A stretch of 64,000 nt of DNA from assembly GCA_964016885.1 (NCBI GenBank), contig OZ024743.1:297104001-297168000 (forward strand), in the 5' to 3' direction. The notes under the pieces are model-generated. The model was not told the DNA's origin. It made no database searches and was given only the letters and a program-made list of their open reading frames with translations. How positions within the stretch are numbered: position 1 is the first letter of the stretch; each line of letters opens with the position of its first letter. The DNA comes from Eledone cirrhosa. Its lineage: Eukaryota. The position numbers and the translations under genes are program-made. This document shows, one piece after another, positions 50,284 through 64,000 of this stretch.

Positions 50284-51252
50284 GATTTCTAATTTAGGTT
50301 CCAGGTTAATGATTTAAGGGGAGGAGAAGTGGAATATATTGACTCCAGTATTTGACTAGTACTTTATTTTATTGACTTTGGAAGGGTGATAGGCAAAGTT
50401 AACTTCAGAGGGACCTGAACTCAAAATGTCACAGAGCCAGAACAAATGCCAAAATGGAAGTCCCCCCTTCCCCAACACCAAATTCTGGGGACAGTCCTGG
50501 TTAGATGGTTCATCTTCAAAAGAGTGTCTGATGCACTAACAATTCTGCCTATCAACCACCCTATTATCACTTAATAATAGCAAAACATTGAGGAAGCCTC
50601 TATGTGGTTGTTAAACCTGCTGGAAATAGCAACCCCTTCTCTATCAAATCACACCACAACTTTGTGAAAAAGGAAAGAACATTCTAGACAATATATTCCC
50701 AGATACCCATAAAAGGGCAGGATAGTCTTAAATGGAAAGCCTTTGATCATAGGTGTATTTAATCAGGGCTGACTTGGGGCTAAACAACAACATAACAATG
50801 CCAAAACATGTTACTTCTTACAATGCTACTTCTACTTTTCCCGAACAATAACCAGCTTAATGGATCCTCTTTTATATTATCAGCCCTATCAATCAATATC
50901 CCTACCATTCAATTCACTTCTAAAGACCCCAGGTATTTCAAGGAATTTCCCCACAGTCCCCAGGCTTTTGAAAGGTCTGTCTACCCAACAAGCTGACAGA
51001 CTCCCAGTACTACTTTTGGGAACCCATATCAGTCAGCAGACCACAAGTTAGGTAACAGGGTACACCCCCACCCTTATTTTATTCTTTTAAGGGTTTCAGT
51101 CATTAGTCTGTGACCATGCTGGGGGCCATCAAATCCAAAGAATTAAGTTCATCATAACAATCCTAATATTTATTTTTCAAATCTGATACTTATTTTATCA
51201 ATATCTATTTGGCAAAACATTAAGTTATGGAATATAAACAAAAAATAAATGT

Positions 51253-51468
<216 letters not shown>

Positions 51469-53451
51469 AGTTTATATCAACCAAAAAAGTATTGGTCAAG
51501 CTGAAGCTATAGTAGAGATCACATGACCATGGAGCCATAGAGGGGGGACTGAACCCAGTTCAATTGGTTGCAAAGTAAACTTATTTTTTGTTTTTTTTAA
51601 ATTTCATCACAAAAATATTTGAGTTCTAAGAAGTTGTCACACTTTATAAGACCCAGTTATACCTTCCTATGGAGTGAGCCTTACATGTCCCTATTGTTTA
51701 TCTTTTCTCACTTTAGAGGGCTTGCATTCCAGTAGTTAAAATGTTGAGCTCATGACCATAAACTCATAGGCTCAATTCTTGGAGAGGTTGGCACAATATG
51801 CTCTTGAGAAAAACACTTCATCTCATGCTTACTCCTGTCAACTCAGCTGAAAATGTGTAACTTCAGCAGCAGCTAGGAGTTAACCCTATGATGGACTGGC
51901 ATCTCATCAAGGGAGGGACAGAGGGGGTGTCTTGTATTCTCAGTCAATTAACCCTCAATGAAACAGGTATAAGCTTTGGCCCAATAATCCTCATGGCTTG
52001 AAAGAGACTTTAAATTTTACTGCTTTCCTAAAGAAACGCTGCTTTTACTGAAAGTTCCCAATCCCTTATTTGTTTTAGAGATGTATCTTTCCTTTGACAC
52101 CTGCGATATTATTTGAACTGTTTTACACCATTTCTTCTACTGAAGCTGGGTTTAGCCTTGTGGGCCCCATGAAAGGCTTCATGCGCACTATGAGATTCTT
52201 TCTGAAATATTGTTTTACAGCCAGATGCTCTTTCTGGCAACAACCCTTTTAGTCCCTTCTTTTAATATACAGGGATATGGTGTGCCTATTCAAAACAGAA
52301 TATGCAGAGCATTAAAAAAGCTCAATGGGGCTAAGAAGCCCTTATTTTTTGTGGCGGGGTTAGTGGCTTTGGTAGGGAGTCAGATATTCTCAAACCGCTC
52401 CCTGATTCTTTGAACCACAGATTGATGAAATGACTGAACTCCCCAGAGACAATTAAGGAAAGGGAGTAAGGAGAAAAAAGAGATGAGGCAAGTTAAAACA
52501 ATGTAGAAAACTGTAAGGCGAGTAACAGAGATGACGGGGATAGTGAGAGTTGTCAAACAAATTGAACTTCCTATTTGATGGTACATGTGTGGAAAACCTA
52601 GGTAAGGAAATAAATCCAGAGGGTTGCATCTCTAGGGAGTTTGGATGAGGTGAGACATAGGAGAGATGCTGAGAGGAGAAAAGTACTACACCCTGTTCTC
52701 TTGAGTTCTTTCATTAGACAAGCCTCACATTGTGCAAGATCCACTATATAACATCTGCTGTAGATTTGAGTTCTTGTGCAAGGTCATATTGGTTGAGTCA
52801 TTAGAGTGTTGGACAAACTATATTTGCTCTGACTCTTCCCACATTGAGTTCAAATCCTAGAGAAGTAAACATTATATTTCAACTTTTGGGATTTATAAAA
52901 TAAAGAATCAGTCCGAAGAAGTGGATTGATGGAATTGTTAGAGCATTGAATGAGATGCTTTCCAGTATATATTTTGGCTCTTTGCATTCTGAGTTCAACT
53001 CCTACTGTGATTTATTTGGGTGTTAGACTTAATGAATCCCCCAATTTAACACCACCACTTGGTCCTTGGATACCTTTAGCAAAATCCATTTTGTTGCCTG
53101 CATACAGACTATGTCTCTTGTTTGAGGATACCTTTCTCTCTCTCTCCCACCCAATCTTAGATACCTAGAAGAGAGTCATGAACACTACTCTTTCCTCATT
53201 GACCATGCAGTCCAACACTTTATTAACTAAACTATCCTAAAAATAGCAGCCAAATTTTTACTCAAATCACACCCTACTTTCACAAAAAAGACAGGACACA
53301 TTGGTTAATGTAATCTTACATATCCCTAAAAAGATGGAAAAGTCATGTCTGGACTGGTTTGCTTGATGAAGGCTAACCTGGGGATAAATAACAACAGCTA
53401 GGAGACATACTAGTCACATACACAGGCTATACAGTGGAATAATATGGATAT

Positions 53452-53760
53452 AGGCATGGTTGAGTGGTTAAGAAGTTTACCTCACAATAATGAGGTCTCA
53501 GGTTCAATCCCACTTCATGTCTTCTTGAGCAAATGTCTTTACTTTAATTTTAGGTTGATCCAAGCTTTGTGAGTGAAACTGGGTAGATGGAAACTGTGTA
53601 GAAGCTTTGGATGGGTAGTATTTCATTCAAAGGTCCAGCCATGTGTTACACTGAATCTCCCTGAGAATTAGGTTAAGATTATATGTGTCAGTGGAATACG
53701 CAACCATTTACATGTTAATACATGAGCTGGATGTTCAGTTGTTTGAACGGCTGAATGATT
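53452..53760 (+). mobile_element. Older tRNA-derived SINE; relatives at about 7915-8390 and 12025-12330
   Basis: TGGTTGAGTGG A box, GGTTCAATCCC B box, CTGAATCTCCCTGAGAATTA core. Confidence 0.65.
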
Positions 53761-53784
53761 AGCAATGAAACTATCGGAGGATCC

Positions 53785-54195
53785 TCCACCACTATCACCA
53801 CCACCACCACTACCATCACACACAACCCCCGCCACCATCACCACATCCACCACAGACCACTGCCGCCACCACCACCAATACCACCATCACTACTGCCGCC
53901 ACCGCCGCCACCACTGCCACCACCACCACCGCATCCACCACCACTACCACCACCACCACCACACACACACAACCACCACTACCGCCACCACCATACACAA
54001 CCACCACTACCGCTACCACCATACACAACCACTAGCACCACCATTACCACCACCACCACCATACACAACCACTAGCACCACCATTACCACCACACACACT
54101 GCCACCACCACCACCACTACTGCCGCCGCCACCTCCACACACTACCACCACCACACACCGCCACTACCACATCACCACCACCACCACCACCACCA
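53785..54195. repeat. (CCA)n low-complexity tract
   Basis: Direct reading. Confidence 0.9.
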
Positions 54196-54279
54196 ATATG
54201 ACAATACCTACTGTTTATATTCACAAACCAGGCTGTGCATTATGCCTTTGATCAAAGAACTTCATATTATAATACTCCG

Positions 54280-54436
54280 ACCATGCTTTGCAGCAAAGAG
54301 TTACGGCCCTTTATGGTCCGAGTTCAAATCCCGCCAAGGTTAACTTCGCCTGTCATCCTTGCGGGGTCAATAAAATAAAGTACCAGTAATACACTGGGAT
54401 AATTGCTAGCCTTGTGCAAAAAGTAGAAACAATTAT
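54280..54436 (+). mobile_element. Family 2 SINE, 5'-truncated
   Basis: GAGTTCAAATCCCGCC..AAAATAAAGTACCAGT. Confidence 0.8.
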
Positions 54437-55546
54437 AATACTCCAATCACTCAAGTGATAAAATGGTGGTTAAGCTGGTCGCTACCTTTGTGATAGGACT
54501 GATATCTTATTAAGCAGGGAAATCTTGTACAACAGTACAAGAAACCAGTATAAGCCTTGGTTTGATGAACTTCTTGAATTGAGAAAGACCATTGAGACAT
54601 TACATAGCTATTGATATTGACCACAGGGCTATCGTCAGGCTTTGGTGCTCAAGGGCCGTTTCAGAAAATTCTGAGAGCAGGGTGCTCTAATTCACAATAA
54701 TTCTAAGATAGAATTTCAGAATAAGCATATCACTGTACATTTTTCTAAATCTGTGAGTGCACCATTGTAAAGTAGGGTGGAGTGGGTAGTGCCATGCAGT
54801 TCCTTTCCTTCCTGGTAACAGACCTGATTAACAGCTTGGTGATATAAATTACTCTGGACAAGATAAAGTCTACACTGGACATTGTGGTCATACTAGCTAT
54901 ATAGGTGACACTAGTCTGGGGTTTGGGTCCTCCATATACCTTGAGAGGCCATGGATATGTACCTGGAAATTTTCTCTCCAAAGTGCAAGCCTAGGAAATG
55001 TTTATTTGGTCTGAAAGAGATACAACAAAGCATCACACACGACATTCTAACAATTCTGCCAGTCCACAGCTCTGAACTAGTACTTTATTTATCAACTTTA
55101 AAAGGATGCAAAGAAAACGTAATATAAGCAGGATTTCAACTCAAAGTCATGTTTAGGGTATTTGATATTAGTGGGAAGAAGGGGGGAGGGTGAAAAAGGA
55201 GGAAGTTATTGATTGAAAGATAATAAATTGTAGTAAATAATGAAGGTAAATGAAGCCAAGGGTTAGAGTGTTGGTCTCAAGATGATAAGGTGACGTGTTG
55301 TCAAATTGACCAGAATCAAGAGAACTATACTGAACAAACTTGGAGAGGAGATGGGCTTGGCCAAGTTTTAAAAATGCTCAAGAAATACCATATGTCACAT
55401 CAGCACTCCTAAGACTCCACTAGGAGTTACAGGTATATACAAGCACATACTGAACAAGAGTATCACTGATCACCAGAAACAGGAACGATACTGATCACAC
55501 TCAATACTGTCTTTAAAGGAAAACACTGACTTCAGTCACTTATGAT

Positions 55547-55734
55547 CAGGGCTGGATTAACCATTAAGAAAAATAAGCAAATTCTTATTTCATCAAGGGA
55601 AGAAGGTCCCATTCTTTTCAAATTAAATGTATTTGTCATTCCCAATTTTTTTTTTGCAGATTTTATTCACGAGGGAAGAGGTCATCATAATATTTGAAGT
55701 GCATATGGCCACAATGGGACTTAATCTGGCCCAG
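55547..55734. mobile_element. hAT-type MITE
   Basis: Terminal repeats CAGGGCTGGATTAA / TTAATCTGGCCCAG; 8-bp flanks CTTATGAT / CTTATGAC. Confidence 0.7.
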
Positions 55735-56280
55735 CTTATGACTCTACAAATCACAATATTTTGGGGCTAAAATGACAAGAATCAAGAAGTCACTCAATAA
55801 AGTCCTTGTAGAAATTGTTTTGACTTTGTTCATTCTGAATTAAAGTTCTGTTTCCTGTCAACAGAAAAATGGTAACATGATAGGATTACGGCCTCTATCA
55901 TGAGAAACTTCCTATAGAAGGCATGTGAAATATTCAAGTGTTAGTCATAATGACAGCAATAACCAAGATAACTATACTGAAGACTATGAAGAAACAGGGT
56001 AGAAGGGACCCTTTGGTTCTGATAAAGACTTGAAAACCTCAAGTGTTGATGCCATGATAACATGCACCCAGTAAAGTGGTAGGGCTAGTGCTATTATAAA
56101 ATGTACCTAGTACACTCTGGAAAGTGGTAGTGCTGGTGCCAGGATAAAATACACTCAAAGTGTTTGGAATTAGGAAGGGTATCCAGCATAGAAACCAAGC
56201 AAAATTTAGTTCTTTGACTTATCTAGTTTTGGACTGAGATGATTTATCTGATCCATACCAGCATGAAAAATGGATGTAAA

Positions 56281-56491
56281 ATGATGACAACGACGACGAC
56301 GATGATGATGATGGTGGTGGTGGTGATGATGGTGATCATGGTGGTGGTGGTGGTGGTGGTGGTGGTGGTGGTGATGGTGGTGGTGGTGATGGTGATGGTG
56401 GTGGTGGTGGTGATGGTGGTGGTGGTGATGATGATGGTGGTGGTGGTGATGATGGTGATGATGGTGGTGGTGGTGGTGGTGGTGGTGGTGG

Positions 56492-56522
<31 letters not shown>

Positions 56523-56978
56523 GGCGATGGTGGTGGTGATGGTGGTGGTGGTAGTGATGGTGGTGGTGGTGGTGATGGTGGTGGTGGTGATGATGATGGT
56601 GGTGGTGGTGGTGGTGATGATGATAGTGGTGGTGGTGGTGGTAGTGGTGGTGATGGTGGTGATGGTGGTGGTGGTGATGGTGGTGATGGTGGTGATGATG
56701 ATGGTGATGGTAGTGATGATGATGATGGTGGTGGTGGTGGTGGTGATGGTGGTTGTGGTGGTGATGGTGATGGTGGTGGTGATGAGGATGGTGGTGGTGT
56801 GGTGGTGATGAGGATGGTGGTGGTGATGGGTGGTGGTGGTGGTGGTGATGGTGGTGGTGATGAGGATGGTGGTGGTGGTGGTGGTGGTGATGGTGGTGGT
56901 GGTGGTGGTGATGGTGGTGGTGATGAGGATGATGGTGGTGGTGGTGGTGGTGGTGATGGTGGTGGTGGTGGTGGTGGT
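56281..56978. repeat. About 700-bp (GGT/GAT)n tract continuing an RTE-type tail
   Basis: Follows GCATGAAAAATGGATGTAAAATGATG. Confidence 0.92.
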
Positions 56979-58254
56979 CAAATATACTGACCACACTCAA
57001 CACAGTTTCTAAAAAAAAACACTGGCCATATTCACTTATGACTCTACTGATCCCAATAACAAGGAGCAATACTGACCACAACATCATGGGACCATGCTGA
57101 TCCCATGAGCCAATGACCATGCTGACTATAGTAAAATTGATATTAATATACACCAATAACAAACATATTGACCAGTAGTTTTATATTGAACAACATTATG
57201 GTGTGGCTGCTATTGCCTCAGTGACCTCTAGCCACATTAACTATGCATAAACTAAGGACACATGCCATTCCATATACATATGTACATATATTCACATGTA
57301 CACATATAATGAAGAAATGCATATATATATATATACACACACACATAAAAGTTAATGTAAAAATTGTTAGACAGGTGTATAGAAATAGAAATAGGCAGAG
57401 GCATAGAGACATATCTTCAGAGACATATCTTCTTTATCATTGTTGTTTAACATCCACTTTCCCTGTTAGCAAGGGATGGACAGGTCTACATAGATCAAGT
57501 CAGTACTGAAGTGAGGCTACTGACCTCCCAGACAGGCTGTGGGGAAAGGGGGTTTGCATCTCACTTACATATGGTTTTATGTTCTATTGAGTGCACAGGG
57601 TAGGTTATCATGTGTTTGTCATAACTGAAGGGTCCTCCCAACCCTTTGTTTGGAAAGTTTTCTACAGCTGGATGCCCTTCCTATCACCAACCACTTTACA
57701 GTGTGTACTGGATGGGCTTATTGTGTAGATCATAAGTGAGGGAGGGAGAGAGAGAGAGAGAGAAGAGAGAAGAGAGAGAAGAGAGAAGAGAGAGAGGTGA
57801 GAAGAACTGACTACAATATGGACTGTACAACGGACTGTACCTTTATTTATCAACCTTGAAAGGATGAAAAGCCAAGTTGACTTTGACATTATTTGATTTC
57901 AGAGTGCTGTGAACCAGAATAAATACAGAGGCATTTTTAATGTGACACTTTAAAATCTCTGCTAAATCCTTTCCTTCTGTAGGCTAATGATGGGGAAATA
58001 TTTCTATGAAGGTTATGGACTCAGCCATCCCTCTTTTTATTATTTAGATTTAAGTCTCGCTGAGACTTTTGGTACATTGGGCAGTATGATTCCATATATT
58101 ACCAATTGATGGTCACTTCCCTCAAGTCCTCTTAGAATGTTCTGCATCAGAATCTAGGTCTTCTCATGCATTTACCATTTAGTATGGTCTAACCAACATA
58201 TTGCAATTTTTGCATGCCTGTACATCTGGTATTTAATTAAGATATATATTTATA

Positions 58255-58327
<73 letters not shown>

Positions 58328-58840
58328 AAAATCCAAAATCCAGGGATTCTCACTCCTGCTGGATGAACCACTTCCTGGTTGACCTCCACTGCTTCCTATC
58401 TCTGACTATATTGGGCCATGTGGGGCCAAGGAATTAAATTAAGGAATTGCATAAGGGTCTACATGATATTACTTTAGCTAGATTTTCAGATGCTCAAAAT
58501 GACTTTATGTGCAATGAGTATGACTGGATTTGCCTCAGTTAAGCTGGTCTTAGAAGTCATCATAGAAGCCATGCACAAAATGTTACCGATTATGGTCACT
58601 TTGGCATTTCTTTCTATCAGAAGTGTGGAAAACCTTGGCCAATGGACCACAATGTCATTTGAAAACTCACCAAAACAAAACAAGGAACCAAAATGGAAGT
58701 AAAGTGAGAGGGGGATCAGATGGTGGCAATTCTTGAAATTGAGATGTAGGCATCATGTATGAACTATATATGTTCATATATATATGTACATATATATATA
58801 TCATCATCATATGTATATACATATATATGTATATATATAT

Positions 58841-59820
58841 ATCATCATCATCATCATCGTTTAACGTTCATCTTCCATGCTTGCATGGGTTTCGACGGGA
58901 GTTTTCCCACTTGAGGCAAGAATGGTTGTCTTGCTCGCATAGGACTGTCTGGCGGGTTTTCTACGGCTGGATGCCCTTCCTAACACCAACCACGTTTACA
59001 GTGTGGACTGGGAGGTTTTTACCGTGTTACCTACATGGCCACATCACAGCATGGACTGTGTGTTTTTTGTCGTGACACCTACACAACCTCATTTGTTTCG
59101 GACTGGATGTTGTGGTACCAACATAACTTTACATTGAAAGGGGTGGTGTGGATGGGGTGGGGGTAGTGGGATGGGGTGTATTTTTGTTAGAGGTGCCTAC
59201 TGACTGTAGTAGGTTTTACTTTGTACTTAGGTAAGGCAGGTCTTCTGTATTACTGTGTAGCGCCAAAGATCTCAGTCCAGTGACATTGTCTTGGAGAGGT
59301 GTAAGTGTGTGAGGTCGGAATTTATCAAGTCGTCCCAGGTTTTTCTGGGTCTGCCTACTCCGTGGCTACCATCTATTTTTATTGCCCTGCACTTTTTTAT
59401 ACAGCTGTCGTCTTTCATGCGCATCACGTGACCATACCAACGTAGCCTTCTCTCGAGTAAACAACATCTGATCCCTCTTATTTCTAATTTTTCCCTTAGT
59501 TCGTTTATGCTTTGCCATTCACGTATATTACTATTACACATCCAGTGGAGCATGCAAGCTTCGTTCCTCTCTAGTCTGCGTATATCCTCTGCACACAATG
59601 CCCAGGCCTCACTGCCATGTAACATTGCTGTTCGTATGCAGGCATCATACAGCCTGCCTTTCATTTTTAGAGAGAACCCTTTAGCGGCTAATAGTGGTAT
59701 AAGCTCTCTGAACTTTTTCCATCCAGTTCTGACTCTAGCTACTGTACTTTCAGAGCACCCTCCACCACTGCTGATTTTGTCACCCAAGTAACGGAAGGTG
59801 TCCACTATTTCTATAGAACC
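58841..59820 (-). mobile_element. 5'-truncated RTE LINE (ORF 59272-59820 plus UTR)
   Basis: [31 protein letters not shown]. Confidence 0.95.
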
Positions 59821-59823
59821 ATA

Positions 59824-59939
<116 letters not shown>

Positions 59940-59960
59940 GTATGTATATGTATGTGTATG

Positions 59961-59991
<31 letters not shown>

Positions 59992-60018
59992 AAATGTATA
60001 TGTATATATATATGTATA

Positions 60019-60625
60019 TAAATTCCGACCTCACACACTTACACCTCTCCAAGACAATGTCACTGGACCGAGACCTTTGGCGGTACTCAGTAATAGAGAA
60101 GACCCGCCTTACCTAAATACAAAGTAAAACCTACTACAGTCAGTAAGGCATCTCTAACAAAATACACCCCCCGTCCCACCACCACCCACCTCATCTACAC
60201 CGCCCCTTTCAATGTAAATTATGTTGGTGCCACAACATCCAGGCCGAAACAAATGAGATCGTGTAGGTGTCACGACAAAAAAACACACAGTTCACGCTGT
60301 AATGTGGCCGTGTAGCCAACACGGTAAAAACCTCCCGGCCCCACACTGTAAATGTGGTTGGTGTTAGGAAGGGGATCCAGCTGTAGAAAACCCGCCAGAC
60401 AGTCCACGCTGTAATGTGTCCGTGTAGGCAACACAGTAAAAACCTCCCAGCCCCACACTGTAAATGTGGTTGGTGTTAGGAAGGGCATCCAGCTGTAGAA
60501 AACCCGCCAGATAGTCCTATGCGAGCAAGATAATCACTCTTGCCTCAAGTGGGAAAACCCCCGTCCAAACCCATGCAGGCGTGGAATATGGACGTTAAAC
60601 GATGATGATGATGATGATGATGATA
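60019..60625 (+). mobile_element. Second RTE 3' end of the same subfamily, inverted
   Basis: Reverse complement of about 58841-59322 with scattered substitutions and a UTR duplication. Confidence 0.9.
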
Positions 60626-60628
60626 TAT

Positions 60629-60952
60629 GGCGGCACATGGCTTAGTGGTTAGAGCATTGGCCTTGCAATCGAAAGGTTGTGAGACCAGGTGATGTGTTGT
60701 TTCCTTGAGCAAGACACTTTATTTCACATTGCTCCAGTTTACTCAGCTGTAGAAATGAGATGATAGGGACTGGGGTCCCTATCATTCCACTGCAAAGTGG
60801 TCGTGGAGGTGCCACGGCAAAAAAGCACCCAGCACTCACTGTAAATGAGGTTTGTGTTAGGAAGGGCATCTAGCTGTAGAAATCAAGCCAGAATCAGTTC
60901 CCGTCCCACCCTTGCAAGCAGGGAAAAGCGGACGTAAAATGATGATGATGAT
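60629..60952 (+). mobile_element. Family 1 SINE with the B box deleted
   Basis: GGTTGTGAG joins ACCAGG directly. Confidence 0.9.
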
Positions 60953-61032
60953 ATATATATATGTATATATATATGTATATATATATGTATATATATATAT
61001 GTATATATAATATAAATGTATATATATATATG

Positions 61033-61063
<31 letters not shown>

Positions 61064-61430
61064 GTTGTTGAGGATTACATGATAAACGTACCCAGTACAC
61101 TCTGTAAAATGGTTGGCAATATGAAAGTCATCCAGCCATAGAAATCCTGACAATCCATCCAACCTTTGCTAACAGGGAAATGCAGACATTAAACAACGAT
61201 GATGATGATGATGATATATGTATATCATAATTTTTCTCATCATTCAATGTCAGTTTCTCACTGCTAGCTAGAGTTGGATGGGTTGTCACTAGCCAAATTT
61301 GTACTTAATCACTCAGTTGAACCAGGGGAGAGGAGGAGTGGCAGTCACTTATGTATGTTCCTGAACCCTACAGAGTGCATCAGGTGCACTTTATCAAGGC
61401 ACCAGCACTAGAGAAGTTGTCGTGTGTGTG

Positions 61431-61467
<37 letters not shown>

Positions 61468-61472
<5 letters not shown>

Positions 61473-61619
61473 ATATAGAAATGGCTTCTACAGGACTAGA
61501 ACTATTTAATTCGGGAGAAATGATGATTTCTCCTGAATGAAACAGTTCTAGTCCTGTAGAAGCCATTTCTATATTAAATATTTATACTCTGCTATGTATT
61601 GAGTACCTTACTTACTGTG
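61468..61619. mobile_element. Family A fold-back element
   Basis: Arms 61468-61580; TGATGA TTTCTCCTGAAT GAAACAG..CTGTA GAAGCCA. Confidence 0.8.
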
Positions 61620-62312
61620 AAACTCCTTAATTAGTACATACAGTAGTTGATCTCCTAGAGAAGGTACATGGCCTTGTGGTTAGGATGTTTGGCCCATGAT
61701 TGTAAGGTTGGGAATTTATGAATATCAGGCATGGGCAACCTTTGTCCTGCAATGAGCCACATAGAATGTGGCCCATTATAAGGCGGGTTGCAATTTTAAA
61801 AATTCAAGGCAATTTTGAAATTAGGCGTGCCATTCAGAAAGCCAAACGGGCTGCATCGGTTTCTCCCTGCTAGCAAGGATGGGAATAGTCATCACTAGCT
61901 AAGTCAGTGTGTAATCGATGCTATTGACCTCTCAGATAGGTTGGTGGGGGTGAGGAAGCACATCTCACATACATCCTGTATTATAGAGTGCATTGGGTGC
62001 AGTTTATCATGGCACCAGCACTAGAGAAGTTGTCATGTAAGCATGAATATATATATGTATAAATATATGCTGTTGCTGCTGATGATATATACATATATAT
62101 AAAATGGCTGAGTGTATACACACATGCTTTTTCTCAAAATAATTCTTTTTCATTCCTTTCTTCTTCTAACTCTCTATCTTCCTCTCATTCTATCTTCTAA
62201 TGAAGGACTAGTGTCTGAAGCATAAAGATTCTTTCCCTTCTATATCAAGTGTTAAACTAATATATTTCTTCATTGTACAGTGTTGTTTGCTTTGTTGTTT
62301 CCATTTACTTTT

Positions 62313-62349
<37 letters not shown>

Positions 62350-62652
62350 GCACACACTCACACACACATATATATGCATATCTCATCATCATCATCACTC
62401 AATGTCCATTTTTCCTTGTTAGTAAGAGTTGGATGTCTTATCACCAGCTAGGTCAGTATGTCAGTACTTAATTGGTGCTAATGACTCTCAGATAGGTCAG
62501 GGTTGGGAGGCACATCTCATTTCATGTGGCTCCACTTCACTCATCTCAAAAATGAGTGCCATCTGTAGCAGCGTCAAGGAGATAAATTTGAGATGGACTA
62601 ACATCCTCTCCAGGGAAAGAGAGGGGGAAATCTTCTACTCACTTTTGCTTAA

Positions 62653-62859
62653 ACATTAAGCATTTAAACTGGCTATATCTGGCCAGAATTATCTCACCTC
62701 TTTCTGTTCAAACCGGCCATAACTGGCTGCTCATACTGATGTTAAGGTATTGTTCTCAAAATAACTAATATCAAATCTTATAGATTCGATATTATGTGAG
62801 ATAAAGCCTTTACCACGAAAATACAATAGTATATATAGAGTAATGTAAATGCTAAAAGG
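62653..62859. mobile_element. piggyBac-type MITE, second copy
   Basis: Reverse complement of 8094-8314; TTAA flanks. Confidence 0.75.
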
Positions 62860-63123
62860 TTAATGTCACATAATATTGGTATAAGCTCCTAAGTGATGAG
62901 CCTCTGGGCTTAAGAAAACAAATTCTGCTCCTTACAAGCAGCGAAATATACCAATTTATAGTACCTATTTACAGCTGTATAGCCTGAGCTAGCAAAAATT
63001 ACCATATCATGTACTAGTCACTTTTTTTACAACTATAATACGGCATGAAAAACTAGCATGTGATTTAGCTGCTGGTCCTACAAAACCTCAATTCAAAATA
63101 TATGGTAAATTCTAAGTGTTGTA

Positions 63124-63321
63124 TGAGGGTCAGTTGAAAAGTTTATAGGCTGGATATGAAGGATTGATACCAGTGCTGTGAAATATTGCATGCATTAACT
63201 TCAACTCTTCTTATTAATAAATGCATTGTTTCTTTCTAGGGAATATGTTGAAAAATAAAGCTCATTTGGTCGTTCCATGAGAGTATCTTGGTCAGCCTAT
63301 GAACGTTTCAGACAACTCTCG
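63124..63321. mobile_element. Tc1/mariner-type MITE
   Basis: TA-TGAGGGTCAGTTGAAAAGTTTATAGGCTG ... CAGCCTATGAACGTTTCAGACAACTCTCG-TA. Confidence 0.75.
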
Positions 63322-63815
63322 TATGTAAAATGGAGGTGTGACTTATCTACCGGTGTGACTTATACATGTGCACATATCGTAAGAGCTTAGCGATAGAAAC
63401 AGAGATTCTGTTCAGTCATATGTAGGAAATAGGTCACAAGAGAAAAGTATTTTTTTAAATGACTGGAGTATTAGTTTGAGGAAGGTATGGTCATTGGTAA
63501 AAATCTCCTGATTCTGATCATTTCTGCAAATATGTGGATTTGAAAACTTATACAACTGATGCTAGTAGCAAATAATAAAGGAAAAGTGATAAATAAATTG
63601 ATAAAGATTTATGAGTTTTGAAGGTTGTATGGGAATTACTTCTTTCCCCATCTCAATTCTGTGTGGGTGTATAATCCCCCCCCCCCGACCTATGTGTGAT
63701 ATCAAATATATGTGTGTATGTTAATGTATAACTAAGTCTTCTTATATAAACTGATTTGATTCCATATAAAGATAATCATAAATATATGAGTGTATCTCTC
63801 TCTCTCTGTATATAG

Positions 63816-63910
<95 letters not shown>

Positions 63911-64000
63911 TTTATATGACAACACAAACACAGGGATGCAAAATCCAAAAAAGTCTTATTAGTATGACACTTAGGAGGAAGTAGTGGAATATATATATAT

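Noticed and set aside
56206-57162. 318-aa poly-His ORF
   Set aside because: Translation of a (GGT/GAT)n tract that grew from an RTE tail; open in several frames
58490-58702. 70-aa hydrophobic ORF as a host exon
   Set aside because: Another frame gives a broken C2H2-like remnant (FMCNEYDWICLS*AGLRSHHRSH) more typical of a LINE end; no support for a gene

Overview
Eukaryotic, repeat-saturated, mostly non-coding DNA. The SINE/RTE repertoire and the very dense (AT)n, (CA)n and (CAT)n tracts suggest a cephalopod such as octopus; this is inference, not a database result. No intact host gene is visible, only two weak candidate minus-strand exons (about 26.7-27.6 kb). Conventional content: RTE, CR1 and R4/Dong-like LINE fragments, at least two tRNA-derived SINE families, hAT, piggyBac-type and mariner MITEs, and a 5.7-kb array of a 52-bp satellite. 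The main finding is about 20 loci carrying complete, truncated or decayed hammerhead-ribozyme motifs (CUGANGA...GAAA...UH) in at least 8 sequence families. Most are short fold-back elements (inverted arm + long arm + tail) in or beside (AT)n tracts. One copy (164-1037) still has a Penelope-type GIY-YIG endonuclease C-terminus upstream of its hammerhead, which ties the set to Penelope-like retroelements. All structures were folded by eye; coordinates of decayed elements are approximate.
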